A DNA stretch of 64,000 nt, taken from NCBI GenBank assembly GCA_044892525.1, contig CM097886.1, positions 34,410,001 through 34,474,000 on the forward strand, in the 5' to 3' direction. A program made the translations under genes and the position numbers. Under the pieces are notes generated by a model. The model made no database searches. It saw only the letters and a program-made list of their open reading frames with translations, and was not told the origin of the DNA. Source of the DNA: Schmidtea polychroa. Its lineage: Eukaryota. Below are positions 30,108-43,399 of the stretch, in pieces. Numbering within the stretch: the first letter of the stretch is position 1; each line of letters opens with the position of its first letter.

Positions 30108-30857
30108 TTACTTTTCCCATTCTGCGTCGGCTAACAGCTCCTCCAGCTCGAAGAATTCGGAGGCATTCTCCTCCCAAGTTACACCAGCGGCGGAGATGAT
30201 TCGCCCTGGGATCCCTACGGTTAAATCGATCGTTACAGGGGGATCGTTCGAAGTACTGGAGAGCTCGGCGGATAGTCCACTTTGTTTGGCGATTGCTCGT
30301 TCGCGCTGACGCTTTTTACGCTCAGCTCTGGACAACTGTCGACGCTTGGGTTTTGGAACAATCAGGGTGTTTGATAGGACGACAGAAGAAGATGCGGTCG
30401 ATGGTAACCCTTTCTGGGCTCCAATGGGAGACACTACGGCTGGCCTGGGAGAGAGGTCGGCCTCTACGCATTCCCGGCAGGGCTTCTTGGCTGAAGATGA
30501 CGAATTTGAAGGAAGTTCATGATGGACGGGGAAGAGGTCGTCCGCTCCATTGATGGGTATACTCACTATCTTCCTAGTCGCTGCCGCTTGAACGTAGACC
30601 TTGTGTAGAGCCTCGGACTGTTCTTTGATAAGACTGCGTTGGGCCCTACTCTCGCTGATTAAGGCGTCGCGACAGTGCTCGCTTCGGTACAATTTCTTTT
30701 GTACCTCCTTCATTTGTACTGGACTAAACCACGTACCTTCCAGATGGTCGATCGCCTTCTTGTATCTACCGATCTGGGCCTGTAAATCCCTGATTATAGT
30801 ATTTTTATCTGAGCAGGAGAAGCAGGGTTTGAGGGATGATCTCGAGTTGGGCAACAT
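30108..30857 (-). CDS. LTR-encoded ORF, 249 aa (5' LTR copy)
   Basis: Translation identical to 4503..5252. Confidence 0.7.
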   Translation of the reverse strand: MLPNSRSSLKPCFSCSDKNTIIRDLQAQIGRYKKAIDHLEGTWFSPVQMKEVQKKLYRSEHCRDALISESRAQRSLIKEQSEALHKVYVQAAATRKIVSIPINGADDLFPVHHELPSNSSSSAKKPCRECVEADLSPRPAVVSPIGAQKGLPSTASSSVVLSNTLIVPKPKRRQLSRAERKKRQRERAIAKQSGLSAELSSTSNDPPVTIDLTVGIPGRIISAAGVTWEENASEFFELEELLADAEWEK

Positions 30858-33034
30858 TTCTTCGGTAGCTAAAATGAAGACAGGATAATGTTGATTAAAC
30901 GAAAATTTACTACATTCACTAATCCATCAACGTGGCGGCATTCCTTATCAAGGGCCTGACCATCCCCCCATTACACCCACGGGCCAAGGACTTTACGAAG
31001 AAAGGGGACGGAAGAGTTAAAATGACTGTCAGCAAAATTCAGTTGGATCGATGTTACATCCGCAAATAACCGGTGTTTGGGCATTAGTAAATCTATCTCC
31101 CTTCCCTTTATTGCGACCACGATAATTATAGCGTCGAGTTAGGTAACTTAACAATACGAGAGTGTAGTCTACATGTGACTTCGTCATCATCTGGATAATT
31201 TGGACAGATCAGATATGGAGGAGTAATAACTTGATTAAAGATTCGTACATCTAATCCTAATTACAATATTTAAGTTTGCTCTAATTCAGCATATTTGTGA
31301 TTATAACAAATTAGAAATCGAATGTACATTGCCCATCTGATTAGTTACACTATTAATACTCTCTACCAGTTTGATAACTATTCTGGTTATGTGAGACATC
31401 AAATGCGGACCGTCTGCTGTATGTATTATCAGTGACTGATGCGATATTCAGATTATTAATCGATGTTGGATTTACTATGTCCGGGTGATGGGAGTCGATT
31501 CTATCGTTACTGGTGATTAAATTGTGCATTCACCCTGACTGTGCAATCTACGTGAGTATTCTACCGGCTATCTCATATGTTAGCGTGAATTTATGCAGGT
31601 GTTTCTACTCGTAAGTGATTATCTAATCCTAATCATGATGTACGTGTAGTCAGATTGTGCTTGCTCGTTGTACGCATTCGTGCTCTATGTTAGTCACTGA
31701 ACTTGAAATCTGTATTTCTGTTGGGATTTAATCATTTAGTGTTGATATAATCTACTGGCTAATTCCCATTGCACGTGGAATATGGAATTCTATATTATGT
31801 TGCATTTCCCGCCTTCAGGTTCGGATATCTCACTCAGTGGATGTATTTTATCAATTAACTCAAAGAAACCTCATCTTGGTGACGTCCAACAAAGGTAATT
31901 TCCTGAAAATACTTGTCGGGTTTCTACTACCAATCATCCGGAATGGCATTATTTAATAAAAACTAAAAATCCTTTGTGGAATTTCATTTTTAATTAACCA
32001 CGTCTTATGACTTTATTTTGTGCATTTAATAGGTTATGAGTCGGAGGTCTCTTACCGATTGGCTTTCAGGCTACGGTGATCAGAAATCTGGACAGAACTA
32101 ACTAATTTTTATAAGAAAATCAAATGTCCTTCGAGATGTTTTTGCATTAAATCAGGTGACTAGAAATTTTCAGTTATATGCCTACACCAATTTGTGACCT
32201 CAGAGTGAGTCTATCAATGTTCTAGTTGTTTCGTTTAAAACGGGAATTGAACGAATTTTTGGTAGCAAGACAATTTACCGCGAGATGTTAAAGCGTCGAC
32301 TAATGCGAATTTACGATTTGGACTAATTCATAATGTCAAATGAACTTTTTAACGCATAGCGTTGAGGAAAGATAAGTTTTCTTAGTAGGAATTGCAGTCA
32401 TCTCAGTCATTGTCTATCATGGCCACATTCATTGTTTAGAGTCTGAAACCGGTCTCACTTCACACCTGACTATTTGCCTATAATAATTTAAGTCCTTCAG
32501 CGACGGACCCGTGAGGAAGCCCCCACATTCCGGCCCACGTCAGCTGCGTGATTGAAGAAGTCTGTACCCACCGGCTGAGCTCCCGAAGGCTCCTCACACC
32601 ATGGTACAGGTTTCCTCAACTCCACGTTACTCAACCATAATTTTCATATAAATTCCATAAAATCGAAATCATCATGCATAGTTATCTATCATAAAAGGGT
32701 TTAAATTTCATCACTAAAAATACTTAATTATTAATATATGAGACCAAATGGAGAGAACATTAAAATTTTATTAAAATTATGATAATAAACATTATTACTA
32801 TTAACCTCCATGAGAACATTTACTTAAATTCATAATAAGAATACATCCTTACTTTATTCTTTATCGATCTGTGATCTCGAAAGGCTGAGTCGAAAAGCTG
32901 AATTCGGTATTTGCACTGAGTTGAAAATCTAATTGTCCCTGATAGTCGCTTAGGTTGTACGTCGGTGATCGTCTGTAATGGTTGGGTGTTGATCTGTAAT
33001 GGTGTTTGTTAAACAGTAAATTTTAAATTATGAG

Positions 33035-33120
33035 CTTACCTGTAATAGTGTTTGTTAAACAGTAATTATATTGAATTTGCTGTTTGCTTATATAGGAATT
33101 TTTTGTTTATGCGGACCAAT
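33035..33120 (-). promoter_or_regulatory. Candidate LTR promoter: CCAAT (33116-33120, plus strand), TATATAA (33094-33088), start near 33063, donor AG|GTAAG at 33039
   Basis: Motif order and spacing (TATA about 30 nt before the putative start); same motifs at 7430-7515 in the 3' LTR. Confidence 0.5.
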
Positions 33121-34559
33121 CAAAATTGAGTACCGCTTTAACTTTTAAATTAATTTGTTTTTCTTATTTCTTTGGTTGTTTTTCCTTATTTTTCTTTATT
33201 TTAATATATTTTTTTTTGTTTCTTAAATTCCTCATTATTTGTTGCATTTTTCGTCATTTTATTCCTTATCTTATTACCTTATTTTAATTTTTCTATTTTT
33301 TATTTTTTGTTTTAATCTTAATATTTTACGTTATTGTTTTCTTTTGTCTCTTGATTTATTTATTTTAGCACTTTGTGGTCTTATTTTATTTGTTCGTGTC
33401 TTATCTGTCCTAAATTTGACGATTATGCTTTTCGACTCAGCCCAACACCTTCTTATTCGAGTATCCTTACAACATCACATAGTCATCCACTTAGAATCCA
33501 TGATCCTTATCTTTCCTGTCAGGATATGTCTTCAAGGATTCTTGATTATATTTGATACTCAATCCTGATATTGACCACACTTCTTACATTATTTCCTTCT
33601 TTTCGAATAACTAGTTATATTCTTCAAGATATTGTTTCGCTTTAGAATAAAGGCTTTTAGATTCACTGAAATTTTGCTATCTTTCAAATACATAAGGTAA
33701 ATGGGAATTTTTCATGGTGTTGAGTGAACAGAGTTTCGATAAGCGAACAGACTAGATGCACATTCGAGTCTGTTGAAACTAAGTTCACGTATGAAGCTAA
33801 TATTTGCTAAGTTCCCATTGAACCTTTCGGTCAAATCATCAGTCTAGTGTTGTATGGTGACGTATTTAATTTCAATAATGTTTCACAAGAGATTCATAAT
33901 AAAATAGTTTTCTATGTCTATTAATATCTTGGATGATACCGAAATACGATTTGTTCCACTAAAATTTTGGCTATTGTGTCTTCTTTGTGATTTGGAATTG
34001 GTAAAGCTTCCGGTCATTTGATCAGATAATCTCGAAAGAAAACCTTCCTGGTAGGGTTCTTTACCCGTACGCTGTATTACCACGTGTCTTTTCTTTTCAG
34101 TATACAATATTGATGTAATAGAGTTGTAATCTTAAAACTCTTCAATAATTTAGATGCTTCATTTGTGTATCTTAATTTCTATTGTAATGACTTATGATCT
34201 GCCCACTAATTTTTCTAGGAGAGCTACATTCACATCCAAAATGTGTATGCGATCTACTTTTTTAATACTTACATAATATTTACCTACAATGCAATAAATT
34301 CATCACAAAAAAAAAAGCTTAAGAAAATTTTTCACTTTGTTACACCAACCAAAATTAAATTAAACTAAATAAACAAAATTAAATTAAACTAAATAACATT
34401 TTGGAAATGGTGAAATCAAAATTAAAAAATGTTATTTAGTATTACCATAGAAATGGAACACAGAACATGAAAATTGGCAAAAAATTTAAGCATAAAACAG
34501 AAATTTTATATAAAATCTAAATTTATATAAAAAATATTTTTTTTATGAAGATCTACTAA

Positions 34560-34612
34560 AAAATCCTTCGCGATCTACCGGTAGATCGCGATCCACTTTA
34601 TGGGCACCCCTG
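34560..34612 (-). mobile_element. Probable hAT-type MITE end with a 22-bp perfect palindrome
   Basis: CAGGGGTGCCCA terminus; CGCGATCTACCGGTAGATCGCG at 34569-34590. Partner end not found. Confidence 0.4.
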
Positions 34613-36700
34613 GTATAGTAAATAACTATTTTCTGCTATAAGTAATGGCTGAACTTTGAAAAGATGATAACGTCATCGATATACACCATCATATAAGGTT
34701 CATCCATCAACATGATTTTCATCGCATGTTGAAAAGTTGATTGGGTTCATTTTAATCCAAAAGTTCATATTTACGTAATAATTGATTAATTTTGATGTTT
34801 TCCCTTTTCGTATGAGCTTTACTTTGTGCATTTTAATAATCGACGTCTAGATTCTTTTAATTTTTATACTCTAACATTACTTTTTCGTTTTCATAAGTTG
34901 AACTACTTTTCTCACTCTTGTATATGTAAACGATTTTAAGGGTTTGTTGTCCACCTATTTAATCTAATCTGGATTCTTCCATTTCTGATTGGACAAAGTG
35001 GTAGCAAATACGTTGGCAAACAACCAAAATCGATATAAATACGGACTGAAAATTCATTTTTTGAACTTGTTAACTAGTTAACTTATTAAACAGTTTAAAA
35101 TATAAAACTGAACTTGCTCTCGTTTTTTGGCTATTTATGAATTTTATGGTAATTTTTATGTGTAAATTAATTTATTAGCGAATAAATTTAACGTTTTATT
35201 TCATTTATTTTGTTCTTTTTATTGTTTATTTCTTATAAACTTAATCATGTTTTAGAGAGACAGCACAAAAATCAGCTTATTCCGATCAGTTAGATGTGAC
35301 GGAAAACCCAAGAAATCTTAAATTAGACCTCTTCGGTGTTTGAGAAGCATTCAGTGAGGTTTTTAATAAACTCATTGGTAGAAGGCCGAGCGGTGTCAAG
35401 GGGTATAAGTATGCGAGCTTTTTGAGCCATGCTTTACCATAGTCTGGCAGGTTGGGTCTTCGCTTTGTGCTCAGAATGGTTCGACAATTATTACGAATAG
35501 AGTAGAGGGTACAGATCTGTTTACCTGAGGCTCGATCAGTGAAATTGGAGAACACGCTTGGGTAGAAAACTGGGACGATACGAGCGTCTACCCAACGGAG
35601 GACACCCTGCGATGACCCATTCACGACACAATGTCTCGAGTGCGGCAAGTGTTGTGTAATGAGGTAGGAAAAGTAAATTTAAATCGCGCGTAAAGCTTAA
35701 ATTAAAGACTGTCTCGAGGAGTTAGCAAGTATGATTCCACATAGTTCAGAATTAGAAATAAGGGCAAATCTCTGATCACATGTTTTGAAAAGATCACTGA
35801 ATAACATCAATTATTGTCGAAAATCTAGGACAACCTTTTATAAAATGGGAAATAAGGGTTGATCCTGCACAAAATTTCCGAAAGTAACATTGAATGACAT
35901 CAAGTAATAAGGAACATAACTAATCGATTAAGGATGGTGTCGTAAGACATTCATTCGGAAGTCCTTAACTCGAAAATGAAAAGGTAATGAGTAGTAGTTC
36001 TAGCGATGAAGCTCACCTGCTCATTGATTTTCAGCCAGTGTACATTTCCAACATAGTTGTTGACATGGGTACACAGATGTTAAAATGTAAAATAATCATG
36101 AAGACATTTAGGGAAAAGTCGATACCAGAGCTTTAAGCTACCCTAAAACACTGTTAATGATACACCCATTAAGCGCAAACAAGCTTTAAACTCTTATTAC
36201 GCTTCACATGATAAGGAAAATGTAGTTGTATCTAATAACTCTTTAACTAAACTCAACTTCCCTTCAAGAATTCATTCAAAAAATCCGGTTTTACAAAATC
36301 CCAGATATCCTACCTTCAATGTGAGGGATTTGATGCTTCGTTGTTCCTGTAGATAGTCACTTTTCAACAATATCATCCACTTGACACGGGATGAGAGTCA
36401 CTCGAGACGGTTGTCAAGTAATTTGACTTATATTTCTTTGTCAGATTTAGTAGTTAAGGCTATCATAAAGTCAACCTACTTTGTTGACCATCTTTCTCAA
36501 CAATATAAAGATAAAAATATTGTTCCAAAATTTGACGTAACGCTAACGAAATGTTTCACAATGTTTTACAAATCAAAATCAAATTATTTTCATTTTCAAT
36601 TAATTATTTATTGACCAATAGAATTTTAATATAATTATAAAAATTAATTTTTTACTTTAATATAAATAATTATAATTTTATAAATTAAAACTGATCAACT

Positions 36701-38173
36701 ATGGCAAACGAGAAAAGCTGTGTTATGTGTAAAGAATTGATAAAAGAAAAAAATTTAGAGAAAAATCAATCTAAATTTTGTCGTGAATGCAACATATTTT
36801 TTACTGAAAACGATAAAAAAAAATGTGAATCATTTCTGACATACAAACTTAACCCCTTTAAGAAATTTCTTTCAAAGAAACATAAGAAACTATTAATTAC
36901 AGAAAAAATTTGGGAATCCTTTCAAAACATTCTAATAACAACATCTGAAGATGCTAACAAGTCTATTGTTTATTTGATGAAATTCAGACAGGAATTTGAA
37001 ATTCCGTTTCAATCATTTTTAGAAAATGTTCAATTTGATAATAATATTGAAAAATGGTTTTTCCTCGATCAGATAAACAATGATTTTAAAGAACAAAATA
37101 AATTGTTTCAATCAATCATGTTACGTTTTGAAAAAAGAATGAATATACTTTTTGAATACACAGCAAAATTTATAAAATATTTGAAAAAGCAAGTAAAAAT
37201 TGCAATTTATAAACAGTCGGAATATTTCAAATTATATCTTGCAAGTATCCAGTCGTTATTTTCTTTTCAAAAATACAAAAAATCATTTTTCTTTTCAATT
37301 AAAGAATTTGATAACAAATTAAAAACTTCAGAAACTTCAACTAATGATGACAAATTTGAGTTGTTAACATTTTCTAAAGAATTGCGAAAAATCGACAATA
37401 AATTTCTTGAAGAATTCAAATTTGGAAAATTTATAATCTTTAAATTTTCAGTACTTTTGAGGATTAATTTAAACAAACAAATGTTAAAGATTTCTAAAAG
37501 TCGTTGCATGATTTGTTCGATTCCATTTAAAACAATAAATCATGCACTTTGTGAAGTTTGTCATGAAGGATTATGCACTTTATGCATGACCAACTTTGAG
37601 TTATCAAATAGATTTTGTTTTAATCAATGCCATCTGAGATGCAATTTAATGTGGAATAACAAAGAGCCTCGTTTTAAAAAAATATTGAAAAAAAATATTT
37701 TCAAACAAAAAGAATATAAAAACAGTTTGATTAATTTTAATTTAGAAAAAGTTGAAAATGGATTAGAATTTTTACTGGAGATTATGAAACAATTTCTCAT
37801 TTATAAATCATTTGAAAATACTAATAAAAATACTTTGAAATCTTTAAGAAATATAAATATTGGGAAATCAGAACTTTTGAAAAGTTTTAATTTGAATAGA
37901 TATTTTTATGAAGATTTTATTGAAAGAAAACAATTTGACAAAGTCAATAAATTTTCGAAAAAATATGAGATCAGCAAAAATATGCTAACAGAAGTTATAA
38001 ATTTTTATAATTTTTTTTACAAAGATTTAAAAGATAGATTAAATTTGGTTAAAAATGATTCATATAAGAAAATAATTTGTTCTTTAATATTAAAAATTGA
38101 GTCAATTGAATCAAAATTCCCAGTAAAAAGATTGAAGAACACGATTGATGAATTAAAATTGTTGTTTTACTAA
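36701..38173 (+). CDS. Intronless 490-aa K/F/N-rich protein with Cys-rich zinc-finger-like motifs, unknown function
   Basis: 1,473-nt open frame in very AT-rich DNA; CVMC..CREC at the N-terminus and CMIC..CEVCHEGLCTLC..C..CHLRC internally. Confidence 0.6.
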   Translation: MANEKSCVMCKELIKEKNLEKNQSKFCRECNIFFTENDKKKCESFLTYKLNPFKKFLSKKHKKLLITEKIWESFQNILITTSEDANKSIVYLMKFRQEFEIPFQSFLENVQFDNNIEKWFFLDQINNDFKEQNKLFQSIMLRFEKRMNILFEYTAKFIKYLKKQVKIAIYKQSEYFKLYLASIQSLFSFQKYKKSFFFSIKEFDNKLKTSETSTNDDKFELLTFSKELRKIDNKFLEEFKFGKFIIFKFSVLLRINLNKQMLKISKSRCMICSIPFKTINHALCEVCHEGLCTLCMTNFELSNRFCFNQCHLRCNLMWNNKEPRFKKILKKNIFKQKEYKNSLINFNLEKVENGLEFLLEIMKQFLIYKSFENTNKNTLKSLRNINIGKSELLKSFNLNRYFYEDFIERKQFDKVNKFSKKYEISKNMLTEVINFYNFFYKDLKDRLNLVKNDSYKKIICSLILKIESIESKFPVKRLKNTIDELKLLFY

Positions 38174-38519
38174 ATATAATTTTACTATATTTATTTTATC
38201 ATTTTATAATTTTATTAAAATTTATTAATTACATTATTATGTTTATAACATGTATAATTCTTGTGAAATGAGTTTGAGCGATTTTGTTGATTTGAAAGTG
38301 CTAATATTGATTTTTAAGTGCATGAAAATGTGTCAAGTGTAATTTTTGACTTTAGTCACGTGTTTATTGTTATTCTTAATATGGAAACCATATTTTGTCT
38401 TGATCCTACATGAAAAAGATATGTTCTTTGACAAAAAACAAAATTATTTCTCGTCGATAATAGTTTGTCCTATATGACTTCGACCACTGCTTTGTCTATC
38501 AGTCGAGGAATCTTTAGTC

Positions 38520-38935
38520 CTTACTCCATTTTTAATATTGCTGAACACACTTTCGATGGAGTTTAAAATTGTAACATATGTCTACCAAATATCCAATATT
38601 ATATTTGAATTCCTTTCTTGCACACGAGGCCTGAACATTTTGGAAGTTATTAAATAATTATTTAGGTATCTGGAAATTGTCTTGTTGAAATTTTAACATT
38701 TTGAGTTGTTGCTAAAAAAATTCATTTGGTTTAATGTGGTATAATAATTTCATTCGAATAGTAGAGGGATTTCTGTCCAATAATTGGTGTAATAATTGTT
38801 GGCCGATTGCATGTCTTATCCCGTGGATAAAATTCCAGTCTTCCTAAATTTTATTATGATACTTGTTACTGTGTTTCTTTTAATTCCAAAAATACGGCCT
38901 AGTTCGTAATAATCATGACCATCTTCCATTGCGTC
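38520..38935 (-). mobile_element. Decayed Tc1/IS630-like transposase remnant
   Basis: HTH-like DGHDYYELGRIFGIKRNTVTSIIIKFRKTG and LNSIESVFSNIKNGVR (cf. LNPIE); frameshifted. Confidence 0.55.
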
Positions 38936-39858
38936 AATGATCCTTTCTTATCAGCAATGGTTGTTCTATATAAAGATTTTATAAAATAACTAAAGTTTAA
39001 TGAAAAACTTACACATTTCTATGAATTTCTTGAAATGGAATTCGATTCCGAAGAAGCATCTAAAATATCATCACACATGTTAATATTTAATTGTTTTAAA
39101 TTTGAAAATTTTTAACTTATCAAATGTGAAGAAGCTTAATTAATGTCCCATTGTGTGTCTTTTTATTATAGGAATTTTGTGAACCATTTTTGTATATTTA
39201 TTTATTTTTCTCCCGACAACGATTTGCTCTTTTTATAGTGTAAAATCATAGTTAATGTCACAAAGCTAATTCAGTGTCAGTTCGGGTTATGACATACACA
39301 CATTTGTTCACGAAGGTAGCCAGGATTTCAGCTGGGGCGGGGCGCAAAGTTATTAATAATTATATTAAAATGATTATTAAACGTCTTACTACATAAAATA
39401 GAATATTTTTTTGCAATTCAAAACTAACACAAGTAAATGTGCCAAATACGGATAAGTGGGTGGTTTGCAAACGTATTCGAGCACAACAATGCATGTAACT
39501 GGTACTCATCTATGACCAACAAACTACGGGAATAGCTAGCGTAAGTATGGGTTTGAAGACTTAACTAAATATATACATTGTTTTTTTATTCTCCTAACAA
39601 AACTAAAATAAAAGTTTTATATTAAAATATTTCATCCTAATTTATATTAGATAATCTATAATTTATTTGGGGATGGGGCAAGTGCCCCCTAGCTAAACCA
39701 CTGCATTTATTATATGGAAGCTAATATTTATATTATGAAATTCTAAATCAATGTGATTTAGATGATTATCAATTGCTGGTTGGTGTATAAATTCTGAATT
39801 CATAATTTTTTGTGATTACTATTTATAAAAAAAAATTTCGATTAATATATCGTAAATA

Positions 39859-40607
39859 TTACAAATAAGAACCAAGATTGTCAGCTAATTTTAAAATATC
39901 CTTCATTTCATTTTTAGTAAAAATTCCACTTTTAATTAACCCCTCTATTAATTGAGATTTCGCTTTACCGGAGAATTGATTGCGTAAAAAGATGGGTAAT
40001 CCACGTTTGTTGTCATTCCATATGTAACACGGAACTCTAACAATTCCAAGAGTTTCACTTCCATAATGTTCTGCCAACAAAGCATTATTTTCAGCTGCAA
40101 TAAATTCAGAAATTGAAATTTCTTTTATGTAAAAATGAAGAATAATTTTTAAAGAATGGTTTATATAAGAAATTAAATGATCCTTTTCTTCAAATTCTTT
40201 TAGAAATTTCATATTTATTTCTTCTTTGAATTCTCTATTTAACCCATCAACTACTGTTTTATCGCTTTTATCAATTAAACCTCCAGTGAATCCAAGAGTG
40301 CCATCAAATCTCATTTGCATCATAACTGCAGCTCGTGTAGGATATTGATCAAATAAAATACTCGAATCATTTGCATATATCATTCCATGAGCAGCACATT
40401 TATAACAATCATAGATTTCATTAGAAGTTTCATTTAAAGCAATTGTTTGAAATCCGTCCTTATCTTTTTCACTATAAAGATGATCATCCTCGCTAAAAAT
40501 TTAAGAATGATATAATAACTGCAGTATATTATTTAAATATTAAAATGATTAGTATTATAATTTAAATTTTCAAATTAAAATTACTTTAAATCATTTTCAT
40601 TCAACAT
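39859..40607 (-). CDS. NUDT16: U8 snoRNA-decapping Nudix hydrolase (NUDT16-like)
   Basis: Exons 40607-40585 and 40492-39859. MQMRFDGTLGFTGG signature, Nudix box NREFKEE, and EHYGSETLGIVRVP. Confidence 0.9.
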
Positions 40608-42279
40608 AATTTAAAAATATTTGTAGTAAAACTGGAATTATTTATTTATTCATTAATTTTAAATAAAAATATAATTTTATTCAGTTCATTTATAAAATGA
40701 ATTAAAACAAAGACATTTTATTTTTACAATGTATAGTTTAAATACTATTTGCTTAATTTTGTATATCTCAATATAAAAATTTTTTTTTAATTCAATTTTT
40801 CAATCACTTGAAATTATTATATTAATTACAAAATGCTATTAAAATATTATTTTATTGTACTGATTGGTATATTTGTCCAAAGACTTTTGGATTCATAGGT
40901 GGATATTTCATATTTTTAATTTAATTTATGTGTTTTGCTAAAATTACATATTTTTAAAACACTTTGATTGTAGAATTCAAAATAGAATACCACTATAAAT
41001 AACAAGTCATTTAAATTTTTAAAATAAATAATAAATTGTTGACGATACAGCGTTATCAACCGAGAATAAAGAATGAGAATAAAACCCCTTAAGCCCAATC
41101 CGTCTGTTTCTTTTTCTGAACGGTCACTTTTATTATCTTTATTTCGATATTTCTTTCACTATGATTTATTAAATCCATTATAATTTAGATAGTCATTTAT
41201 TAAGAATTAAATAATACAAATTAAAATCAAAATAACATTAAACGACATTACATTAGCGTTTTCCTCACAGGAGTTTGGTGTTTAAATTTTGATTTCATTA
41301 TGAGAAATAACAATTTGGTATCCACGCAAGTTCTGAGTTAATTCAATTATTAACTTACCAACCCTCAAATTGTAAGTTCTGATCCCTATTTAATCTAGAT
41401 ATGACTGTTCTTTAAATAGTTGATTTGCATGTTGAATCTTGCGCATCTCTACAGGTTTTAATCACTTTATATTTGTTTGAAACAACGAAGTTTCAATCTC
41501 TTAAGTCATTTTAGTAGGACGCATCTTTCGTTTTTAAGTTGCATTACATCAATTTCAAAATTTTCCATCTTTTCCACTAATAATTAAAAAAGCTACATTT
41601 CATATATTTAGAAACTTTTTGATTATATAATAATTTTATTAATTAATCTTGAAAAAATTGTTCGGGAATAGGCTACAGCCGTATTCACTGACAATTGTGC
41701 CCAATTTATTTTAATTCCCCTTTCCGATTCAAGAATAATTAAACATACATTTTTTCTATCAATAGCAAGTAGTTAGTGTACATCTGGAGTACGACTATCC
41801 GGTGTAACCCGGTGTGATTTCAAGGGAACAATTTTCTCACTTATTGACATTTTGAGTGAACATTTTATATTGTAATTTATAAACTTAAAATTGGAGAAAA
41901 TTAAATCTTCACTATTCTTGCAAATCCGAAACTTTATTAAGGTGGAAGTAGATTAAATTTCGAAAGATCGTTTTGATTAGAATCGAAATTGTACAGATGT
42001 TGGAAAAATCAATAAATTACTGACCTGATTTTCAGCTTCGAACTAAATATTTTTCAAAAAAATTATCAAAAGAATTTAATATACAAAATTTCAATACCAT
42101 TCTACATTTTAAAATATCTTTTCTTTTCTTATTTTAATATTTTATATTAACAAAAAACATTTAAAATTATAAATTATGTATATAAATTTATTAATAAACA
42201 CTGTAAAATACTCCAAAATTCTAATATTAAAATATTTTTCAAAGCTTACGGTACTTATATAGGCTGATATACTAGAAGT

Positions 42280-42990
42280 GAGAATCATTTTATAAATGTG
42301 GTCACCTTAAACCTCGGAGTCTATCCTAAACCTATAAAATGATCGTAATGTAACTGAAGTAACGGTGCAACAGAAAGATTCTCAAATACCATCATGACAC
42401 CTCTCTGATAGACCATAATGATAGACCATAATAATCTTTTGTTGTTTAATCCACTCAATTCTTCTAAACTTGCCTTTTTACATATTTCTAGAAGAATCTT
42501 CTGTAATAATTGTATATCCCTAAAATGGTTCTCAGATTTTTAACACAATTTGAACGTTCAAATGATTTATTGACTTCAGACTTTGAAGGGTCTATTCTAA
42601 GATTTGCATTTCCAATGTTTTTGAGAACCTCATTTAAGATGTCATAATGATAATCAATCGTCTATGAATACCAAAATATCATCTAAATAGTGCACTGCAT
42701 ATCTCATACTCATTAATACTTTTCTCATTAAATCATGGAACGTACCTGGCGCTGCTTCTATTTTAAGTGGCATTCTATTAAAGAAATATTGACTTGACTT
42801 TGACTCTTCTTTTAGTTTTATCTCATAATGTAGCCTCTCTGTTTAATTCAGTATTACGTACGCCTTCCTTTCTGTTACTGGGTTTAATAGTCTAAAATCA
42901 AGGTATAATCTGATATCTTGTTTTTATTTTTTCTAAGCACATATTAATGGAGTGCTCCAATTACAATGCATATGGACACTAGGGTAATAA
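42280..42990 (-). mobile_element. Decayed Ty3/gypsy reverse transcriptase fragment
   Basis: DIRLYLDFRLLNPVT, APGTF and YLDDILVF with stops and frameshifts. Confidence 0.7.
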
Positions 42991-43399
42991 CTATTATCAT
43001 AATTTTTCGTAACGAAACCGATACCCCTTACATCCGAAGAATAATGGTATGCAGATGACAGTAGCAACATTAATTTCTTGAAAAATTGAAAAAAGTTCCA
43101 CCACCTTTTTATTTTTATTTTTCACATATTGCGCAGTTTGACTACCGGTTTCCAGTTCACACTGATTTTTTATATTTTTCTATCTTCTTCTGAATGCAAA
43201 CCGAAATACCAAAAAGCAAGCACTACAACAGCGGGTTTACTAGTACTGAAAAACAACATTTTTACACATACAGCACATGACGTTCTTGCAACCATTGCTG
43301 AACAGGGTCATGATGTGCTGGTTCTAAGTCAGGCGGGTGTCTGCAAACGATTAATCTCTGAAGGACAAAAAATGAAAACCAAATTTGTTCAAAAACTTC

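Larger units (their letters stand above)
3936..33447 (-). mobile_element. Full-length giant Ty3/gypsy (Metaviridae) LTR retrotransposon / endogenous retrovirus-like element, 29,512 bp
   Basis: Direct repeats 3936-7842 and 29541-33447 (constant offset 25,605). TSD CCTT at 3932-3935 and 33448-33451. Intact polyprotein with PR-RT-RH-INT order. Confidence 0.97.
29541..33447 (-). repeat. 5' LTR (3,907 bp)
   Basis: Direct repeat of 3936-7842; followed by TSD CCTT. Confidence 0.96.

Noticed and set aside
35286-35648. 120-aa minus-strand ORF, possible transposase fragment
   Set aside because: No recognisable ordered catalytic motifs.
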